Assembly: GCA_016937715.1 (NCBI GenBank)
Contig: JAFGWA010000005.1
Coordinates: 5,040-69,039 of the forward strand
Source of the DNA: Candidatus Goldiibacteriota bacterium
Lineage (GTDB): Bacteria > Oederibacteriota > PGYV01
Length of the DNA: 64,000 nucleotides
Reading direction: 5' to 3'
Below, piece after piece: positions 57,741 to 64,000 of this stretch; the stretch's first letter is position 1, and every line of letters begins with the position of its first letter. The translations under genes were made by a program, and so were the position numbers. Under the pieces are notes generated by a model that saw nothing but the letters and a program-made list of their open reading frames with translations, was not told the DNA's origin and did not search any database.

Positions 57741-58111
57741 CAGTTTTCCTTTATTTTTAGCATCAATTGTATAGCTTTAATAAACTCGTCAGGATTATCA
57801 GGTGTAATAGCCCACTCATAAAAAATCATTCCATCTTTTCTTTCAATTATTGTTGTTTCACCCCAGATATTATTTCTAATGTTTAATCTACTTGCAAAGG
57901 GATCAACCATACCTTCCAGAGATGAACCCTTTCTAATACTTTTTATATTATTAATAGATATAAAAAAAACAGGAATTATCCCAAAAAGACAAATTACAAT
58001 CTTTTCTTGCTTTACTTTATATTGTAAGATGAATCTAAATAACCATTGAAAAAACGCTATAAAAACAATAACAAATCCAATAAATTTCAAAAACTCAACA
58101 CCAACACTCAT
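57740..58111 (-). CDS. AT-rich small membrane protein, bacterial PH-like
   Basis: TM helix; I.I.NI.SI...ITPDNP.EFI. Confidence 0.65.
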   Translation of the reverse strand: MSVGVEFLKFIGFVIVFIAFFQWLFRFILQYKVKQEKIVICLFGIIPVFFISINNIKSIRKGSSLEGMVDPFASRLNIRNNIWGETTIIERKDGMIFYEWAITPDNPDEFIKAIQLMLKIKEN

Positions 58112-58147
58112 TTTTCTTCACCTTTCCACTTTTCTTCTATATCAATT

Positions 58148-58180
58148 CCGAGCCGCCGAGCTGCTGAGCTGCCGAGCCGC
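58148..58180 (-). repeat. Octamer array (GGCGGCTC/AGCAGCTC type)
   Basis: Minus strand GCGGCTCGGCAGCTCAGCAGCTCGGCGGCTCGG, 7 nt after the AKR stop. Confidence 0.7.
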
Positions 58181-58187
58181 AATGCCT

Positions 58188-59147
58188 TTAAAGGAACGCT
58201 TCTCTTATAAACATAAACTCTTCTTCAGTAAGCCCTTTGTCTGCGGCGGACAGGTTCATTTTTACCTGCTGTAAGTTCCTGAACCCCGGAATTACGCATG
58301 CCGCAGTTTCATGATACAGAATATACTGTAATGCCGCGCGCACAAGTGCTTCGCCGCCTGACCCAAATTTGCTTTTAAGCTTATCCACGCCGTCCATTAA
58401 TTTTTCAAACGTACCCGGCTTAAACTCATCCATCGTTTCCCTGACATCATTTTTATCAAACACAGGAGGGTTTTCTCTGCTGAATTTACCTGTTAATAAC
58501 CCGCGCGACAACGGATTAAACGCCACAAAAGTAATGTTCATTTCTTTCATCATTTTGCTTACAGGCCCTTCTGCCACAAAATCAGGGTGTATTATGTTGC
58601 ACCAGCTTTGAATGCAGTCGGGTTTTATCCTTGGGGTAAGCCTTAAAAAATCACCGGCTGAATATCCGGACAGCCCTATAGCTTTTATCACGCCTTCGCT
58701 TCTTAATTTATGAAACTCAGCAATAGCGCCTTCCAGGTATTCGTCATTCTTGCCGAAATCGCAGTTATGAAAGTAATAAATATCCAGCCTGTCCCTTTTT
58801 AAATTCTTCAGCGACTGCTCGCACTGCCTTCTTATATTGCGCGCGTCAAACGCGTTTTCAAATTCATTTTTGTTCCAGCCTACTTTGCTCGCAATTACAA
58901 CTTTTTTGTTTTTTGACCCAAGCGCGGATGCCAGCATTTTTTCCGCCTTGCCGCTGCCATATACGTCCGCGTTGTCAAAATGGTTAACCCCGTTATCAAC
59001 GGCGTAATTTATGGCTTCTGCCGCATCCTTATCGGAAACACCGTGCCACCCCATGCCGCCGCTGTCAATATCCCCGCCAAGTGTCCAGCATCCAAGCGAT
59101 ATTTCAGATACCATGATTCCTGTTTTACCTATCTCGCGTTTGTTCAT
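58188..59147 (-). CDS. Aldo/keto reductase
   Basis: LGCW.LGG, FD.ADVYG.G.AE, SLK.L.RD..D.Y..H, P.SRGLLTGK, IPG. Confidence 0.93.
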   Translation of the reverse strand: MNKREIGKTGIMVSEISLGCWTLGGDIDSGGMGWHGVSDKDAAEAINYAVDNGVNHFDNADVYGSGKAEKMLASALGSKNKKVVIASKVGWNKNEFENAFDARNIRRQCEQSLKNLKRDRLDIYYFHNCDFGKNDEYLEGAIAEFHKLRSEGVIKAIGLSGYSAGDFLRLTPRIKPDCIQSWCNIIHPDFVAEGPVSKMMKEMNITFVAFNPLSRGLLTGKFSRENPPVFDKNDVRETMDEFKPGTFEKLMDGVDKLKSKFGSGGEALVRAALQYILYHETAACVIPGFRNLQQVKMNLSAADKGLTEEEFMFIREAFL

Positions 59148-59312
59148 TATTATTACCTCCCGCTGTTTTCAATTAAATCAGTGTTTTTATTAAACTATTA
59201 ATTATTATACCACACAGAATGCCGGGAGAGACGAGGGTCGGAGGGTCGGAAGCAAAGACAAAAATAAAGCAAACATTGAAAATTCGAAATTCGAAGATTC
59301 GATTAACACCTA

Positions 59313-59515
59313 CAGGGGTTGGGTGTGTTTTTTCAGTGCGTGCCGCACAAGGATAATGTGTATGCGGCAGGAGCGGTTTAATGCAGCGCCGGCATACACG
59401 TATGTGCCGCGGGCTCACGATTGCCAATGACGTTAACATTCTGATGATTTCAAATTTGTTTGGATGTAAGCACACCAGTTTGCGGCACGCGCTGAAAAAA
59501 TATACCCAAACCCTG
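59313..59515 (+). repeat. 203-bp element, copy B
   Basis: Left arm identical to copy A; flanked by TA...TA. Confidence 0.85.
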
Positions 59516-59618
59516 TAAAACCGAGAGACGGATGCACGGAGGGTCGGAGGGACGGAAGCAAAGACAAAAACAATACAAACATCGAAAATTCGAAATTCGA
59601 AGATTCGATTAACACCTA

Positions 59619-59821
59619 CAGGGGTTGGGTGTGTTTTTTCAGTGCGTGCCGCTTAAGAATAGTGTGTATGCGACAGGAGCGGTGTAATGCATCGCCGGCA
59701 GATTTGTATGTGCCGGGAGTTTACGATTGCCAATGACGTTAACATTTTGATGATTTCAATTTTGTTTGGATGCAAGCATACCAGTTTGCGGCACGCGCTG
59801 AAAAAATATACCCAAACCCTG
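59619..59821 (+). repeat. 203-bp element, copy C
   Basis: Arms identical to copy B, interior diverged. Confidence 0.85.
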
Positions 59822-59953
59822 TGAAACTGGATGCTTGGATGCTTAGAGGCTTGGACGTTTGGTAAAAGCAATTATAAAAGACAGATACAAAATCTGCGGG
59901 CTGAAGACCCGCGTCTACTAAGACTAAACCGAACCGCCGAGCCGCCGATTTCC

Positions 59954-60796
59954 CTACTTCTTGCCGTAAGTATCCGCCATATAAGAACTTCTTACAAACA
60001 CCCCTGATTCCGCGTGTTTAAAACCTTTACCCATTGCCGCCAGTTTATAAAATTCAAAACGCTCCGGTTTTAAATATTCCACAACCGGCGCGTTTTCCTT
60101 TGCCGGCCGTAAATACTGCCCTATTGAAATATAATCCACATCCGCGCCGCGGATATCATCAAGCGTTTTTAATACTTCCGCCTCTGTTTCACCAAGCCCA
60201 AGCATAATTCCGGACTTTGTTTTTTTCGCGCCAAGTTTTTTTGCTGTCTTTAAAACATCAAGGCTTCTTTCATATGAAGCGCCTTTTCTTATTTGATACA
60301 GCGACGGCACCACTTCTATATTATGCGCGAAGACATCCGGCATGGCATCCACTACGGTTTTTATGTCCGCAGCATTCCCTTTAAAATCCGGAACAAGCAC
60401 CTCTATTTTTATCCCTTCTATTATTGCCTTTCTGATTATATCGGCAAAAACTGACGCGCCGCCATCTTTTAAATCGTCCCTTGTGACGGAAGTTACCACA
60501 AGATATTTAAGTTTAAGCTTTTTAGCGGCTGTAATTACCCTTTCCGCTTCATTCAGGTCAAGTGTTTCCGGTTTTGCCTTTGTAACATTACAAAACATAC
60601 AATTCCTTGTACAGTTGTTTCCAAGAATTAAAAAAACAGCAGTCCCCCTTGCGTAACATTCCGAAATATTAGGGCAGCGCGCGCTGTGGCATACGGTATG
60701 AAGGTTCATTCCCCTTAACGCGGTTTCCGTATTATGCATATTTTTAAAGTCTATTTTTTTCTTTGCCCATTCCGGGCGTTTTATATCTTCGGCCAT
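59954..60796 (-). CDS. lipA: Lipoyl synthase
   Basis: C-x4-C-x5-C, CTRNC.FC, TSV.RDDL, GQYLRP, RSSY. Confidence 0.96.
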   Translation of the reverse strand: MAEDIKRPEWAKKKIDFKNMHNTETALRGMNLHTVCHSARCPNISECYARGTAVFLILGNNCTRNCMFCNVTKAKPETLDLNEAERVITAAKKLKLKYLVVTSVTRDDLKDGGASVFADIIRKAIIEGIKIEVLVPDFKGNAADIKTVVDAMPDVFAHNIEVVPSLYQIRKGASYERSLDVLKTAKKLGAKKTKSGIMLGLGETEAEVLKTLDDIRGADVDYISIGQYLRPAKENAPVVEYLKPERFEFYKLAAMGKGFKHAESGVFVRSSYMADTYGKK

Positions 60797-60798
60797 TT

Positions 60799-61596
60799 TT
60801 AAGTTTTACCTTCCATATTCCATTTAATTGACGCGTATTTACCGGTTAAAAGTTTTATTATCTCTTTTTTTTCTTCCATTGTAAAATCCGCGGGTTCAAG
60901 CGTGCAGTTAAAGGATTCCATAAAGGCCGCCGCCATGTTTGCCGCGGCTTCTAACGGCGCAACCTGCCTTTTTAAAAGCACGTTTAAACACGTATAATTA
61001 TTACCTTCTACGGGGCATTTAAAGTATTTTTCATGTTCTTCATTACCGGCAAGCGGCAGCGACCCGTGCTGAAAAATAAGACCTTTAACCCTTGCCTGCG
61101 CGTTGCCGCCGATTTTCTTTCCTTCTATTATAATGTCATATTCTTCCGTACCAGAAAAACAAAACCCAGCCCTTTGCCCGTGACTTTCTTCCGGCCGCGC
61201 GTACACGCCGTATGCCGGGTCAAGGCCGAACTTTTTATACATAAGCATGATAAAAGAATTTAATTTTTCAAAAGTTTTTTTTACCGGTTCGCCTTTACAG
61301 TCAATGTCATCTTCGCTGCACACAAGGCTGTATGTAAGTTCGCTGCCGTGAAAAATAGCGCCGCCGCCTGTCAGCCTGCGGACAATTGGGATTTTATCTT
61401 CAAGGCAGGCGTCTATATTTATGTCTTTTTCCGCGTCCTGGTATTTTCCAAGCGAGATGCCGGCAGGGTTCCACGAATACAGCCTTAACTGCGGCACACC
61501 TGTCTGCAGACAGCGGGAAATAAGAAATTCATCAATGGCCATATTCTCGTAGGGGGAATTGGCCTTAAACGGAAAAAAATCACCCTTTAAAAACAT
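60799..61596 (-). CDS. Lipoate-protein ligase family (LipM-like octanoyltransferase)
   Basis: NMAIDE, RLYSW, VRR.TGGGA.FH, KKIGGNAQ, QHGS. Confidence 0.88.
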   Translation of the reverse strand: MFLKGDFFPFKANSPYENMAIDEFLISRCLQTGVPQLRLYSWNPAGISLGKYQDAEKDINIDACLEDKIPIVRRLTGGGAIFHGSELTYSLVCSEDDIDCKGEPVKKTFEKLNSFIMLMYKKFGLDPAYGVYARPEESHGQRAGFCFSGTEEYDIIIEGKKIGGNAQARVKGLIFQHGSLPLAGNEEHEKYFKCPVEGNNYTCLNVLLKRQVAPLEAAANMAAAFMESFNCTLEPADFTMEEKKEIIKLLTGKYASIKWNMEGKT

Positions 61597-63026
61597 TTAA
61601 GTCTTGGTTCTCTGGCGGCCTTTGTTTCATCCGGCCTGGACACAGGCGTGGTTACCGGCGTGTTTTTTATTTTATCAGGGTCGGTTTCCGCAAGTTTCGC
61701 GATATCAATCATATCTTCTATGAAAAGGTCAATGTCCTGTTTGGATTCTGTCTCTGTGGGCTCTATCATTATTGCCTCTTCCACCACAAGCGGAAAATAT
61801 ATGGTCGGCGGGTGGAAACCCCTGTCAATTAAAGCTTTGGCAATATCAAGCGCGTGCACGCCGTGCATTACCTGTTTTTTCGCGCTGAAAACCGCTTCGT
61901 GCATGCACGTGCGGTCATACGGCAGGTAATAATACGGCTTTAATTTTGCCATTATGTAATTGGCGTTTAAAACCGCTTTTTCAGAAACTTCAATAAGCCC
62001 TTCTTTGCCCAGCATTGTAATGTACGTGTACGCTTTAAGCATCACGCCAAAGTTTCCGAAGAAAGAAGCGATATTCCCTATTGTATGCGGTACATTAAAA
62101 TCAAGGGTGAATTTTCCCTCTTTTGTTTTTGCCACTGCAGGCACAGGCACAAAATCAGCAAGCCTTTCAGATACGCCCACCATTCCGGCGCCGGGGCCTC
62201 CGCCGCCGTGCGGCGTGGAAAAAGTTTTATGAAGATTAAGATGAACAATATCAAAGCCCATGTCTCCCGGCCTTGCTTTGCCCATAATAGCATTTAAGTT
62301 GGCTCCGTCGTAATACATAAGCGCGTCAAATTTTCTTGCCAGCGCCGACACTTCCAGCACCTCTTTTTCAAACACGCCAAGCGTGCTTGGGACAGTCATC
62401 ATTATGCCGGCTGTCTGCGCGTTCATCTTTTCTTTAAGGGCGCTTAAATCAATACCACCCGCGGAATTTACCGGCACTGTCACCACTTCATATCCTGCGG
62501 CGGCGGCTGATGCCGGGTTTGTGCCGTGCGCGGATTCGGGTACTATTATGTGCGTCTTATTATTACCGTGCACTTTATGATACTGCGCCATTAAAAGAAT
62601 GCCCGTCATTTCGCCGTGCGCGCCCGCGTAAGGCTGGGTGGTCATTTTTTTCATGCCTGTTATTTCGCACATCATTTCCGAGGTTTTATATATTACTTCC
62701 AGAGCGCCCTGCACAGCGTCTTCTTTTACATACGCCAGCATAGGGTGCGCGTTTATAAAGCCCGGCAGCACAGCTGTCACTTCATTTATTTTTGGATTAT
62801 ATTTCATAGTGCAGGAGCCAAGGGGATAAAAATGTGTATCCACGGAATAATTAAGGCGTGATAAATTTGTGTAATGCCTTACCACTTCAAGTTCGGACAC
62901 TTCCGGAAGCATGTTATCGGTCTTCCTTAATAAAGAAGGGTCAAGGCGGCTGTCCATATTGGTATCCGGAGTTCCCGGATCAACGCCGATTCTGCCTTTT
63001 ACGCTTTTTTCAAATATATTTTTCAT
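61587..63026 (-). CDS. gcvPB: Glycine dehydrogenase subunit 2
   Basis: PLGSCTMKYNP, HGTNPASA, LNLHKTF.TPHGGGGPG, IEPTETE. Confidence 0.96.
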   Translation of the reverse strand: MKNIFEKSVKGRIGVDPGTPDTNMDSRLDPSLLRKTDNMLPEVSELEVVRHYTNLSRLNYSVDTHFYPLGSCTMKYNPKINEVTAVLPGFINAHPMLAYVKEDAVQGALEVIYKTSEMMCEITGMKKMTTQPYAGAHGEMTGILLMAQYHKVHGNNKTHIIVPESAHGTNPASAAAAGYEVVTVPVNSAGGIDLSALKEKMNAQTAGIMMTVPSTLGVFEKEVLEVSALARKFDALMYYDGANLNAIMGKARPGDMGFDIVHLNLHKTFSTPHGGGGPGAGMVGVSERLADFVPVPAVAKTKEGKFTLDFNVPHTIGNIASFFGNFGVMLKAYTYITMLGKEGLIEVSEKAVLNANYIMAKLKPYYYLPYDRTCMHEAVFSAKKQVMHGVHALDIAKALIDRGFHPPTIYFPLVVEEAIMIEPTETESKQDIDLFIEDMIDIAKLAETDPDKIKNTPVTTPVSRPDETKAAREPRLKCF

Positions 63027-63057
63027 TTTTTATCCTCTTTTTTGGTTTGACCTTAAA

Positions 63058-64000
63058 CTAAACACATTCTTTAACGGCTTTTATAAAAAGGTCTATCTGT
63101 GTTACCGTCTTTTTTTCCGTGGCATTCATAATAATGGTATTTTTATCCTGCGGGTAAAAAACAGAAGCAGGCAGCCCCGCTATAAAACCTTTCGCGGACA
63201 TCTCCTTAAAAAACACCTGCGCTTCTTTTTTTAACTTTACGGAGAATTCGTTAAACGTGGGTCCGGTTAAAACTTCAATCCCGGATATTTCGGATAGTTT
63301 TGTTTTTAAATACTCCGCCCTTTCAAGGTTTATAAGAGCCAGTTTTTTAAATCCCTCTTTTCCCATAAGCGACAAAAACACAACAGCCCGCAGCGCGCAC
63401 AGCGCCTGATTGCTGCAGATATTGGAAGTGGCTTTTTCCCTTTTTATGTGCTGTTCCCTTGCCTGAAGCGTAAGCACATAAACCGTGCGCCCTTCTTTAT
63501 CTGTGGTCTCGCCCACTATTCTGCCGGGTATTTTTCTCATGAATTTTTTGTTTACAGCCATTATGCCAAGGTAAGGCCCTCCAAATGAAAGCGGCTGCCC
63601 CAAAGACTGCCCTTCTGCTACGGCGATATCCGCGCCCATTTCCGCGGGCGTCTTTAAAATTCCAAGCGATACCGGGTAAAAAGATAATATGGATGCCGCG
63701 CCATTTTCTGCCGCCTGAGCGAACACGGAAGTATAATCATTAACAAAACCGTAAAAATTCGGGTTCTGCGCAACCACTGCCGCGGTGTCTGTATCTATCA
63801 TGGCTGCAAGAGCTTTAAGGTCTGTACGGCCGTTTTCTGCCGGCGCTTCAATAAATTCCACGCCGATATTTTTTGCGTGTGTTTTTAACATTTTTATATG
63901 CAGCGGATTAACGCCGCCGTCAATTATGACTTTCTTTTTTCTGCTTCCGCGGAACGCCATATTTACAGCTTCGTATATTGCGGTGCCGCCGTCGTATAAA
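63058..64000 (-). CDS. gcvPA: Glycine dehydrogenase subunit 1 (5' part outside the window)
   Basis: LYDGGTA at the edge, FGGPYLG, LQAREQHI.REKATSNICSNQ. Confidence 0.95.
   Translation of the reverse strand, partial: LYDGGTAIYEAVNMAFRGSRKKKVIIDGGVNPLHIKMLKTHAKNIGVEFIEAPAENGRTDLKALAAMIDTDTAAVVAQNPNFYGFVNDYTSVFAQAAENGAASILSFYPVSLGILKTPAEMGADIAVAEGQSLGQPLSFGGPYLGIMAVNKKFMRKIPGRIVGETTDKEGRTVYVLTLQAREQHIKREKATSNICSNQALCALRAVVFLSLMGKEGFKKLALINLERAEYLKTKLSEISGIEVLTGPTFNEFSVKLKKEAQVFFKEMSAKGFIAGLPASVFYPQDKNTIIMNATEKKTVTQIDLFIKAVKECV

Larger units (their letters stand above)
59222..59948. repeat. Composite repeat: two tandem units (period 306 bp) of octamer array + ATTCGAA heptamers + 203-bp element, then octamers and a REP hairpin
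   Basis: Direct alignment of the units; REP at 59895-59918. Confidence 0.88.

Noticed and set aside
56371-58180. Integron cassette array
   Set aside because: No attC-like RYYYAAC...GTTRRRY sites recognised and no integrase.
59222-59821. Tandem repeat as a CRISPR array
   Set aside because: Only two ~306-bp units, the interiors are homologous rather than unique spacers, and there are no cas genes.
47900-59821. 203-bp copies as DGR template/variable repeats
   Set aside because: Differences affect all four bases, not just adenines; the copies are intergenic; no reverse transcriptase in the window.

Overview
Core-genome-like 64 kb from an anaerobic diderm bacterium. The Thr-rich secreted protein with a FlgD-like tail and the PorV-like barrel tentatively suggest Ca. 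Goldbacteria or a relative (inference only). Almost all genes are on the minus strand. Contents: comEA/pth/rplY/prs/glmU; a sulfur block (Rrf2-cysK-metY, ArsR plus a CoA-disulfide reductase-rhodanese-TusA-DsrE fusion); ldhA; TPP-riboswitch-controlled thiF-G-H-S-E; Rrf2-iscS-nadA-iscU-mnmA; glgP; lolA-rodZ-yajQ-rimO-pgsA-pgpA-mfd; gcvPA/PB-ligase-lipA. No rRNA, tRNA, CRISPR array or transposase was seen. Four candidate novelties stand out. (1) An ECF sigma / zinc anti-sigma / PorV-like / giant surface protein locus where the anti-sigma carries the same C-terminal sorting-like domain as the cargo, with matching GGAACT-N17-GTC promoters, i.e. a possible secretion-coupled sigma switch. (2) A TATCAC-N7-GTGATA operator linking the Fe-S operon, ldhA and a C-rich-loop RNA that recurs in front of the TPP riboswitch. 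(3) Three copies of a 203-bp element with 34-nt arms whose mismatches are nearly all G-U. (4) A modular intergenic repeat system of GTAG-REP hairpins and inward-pointing octamer arrays that bracket AT-rich genes. All family calls come from motif recognition, not database searches.
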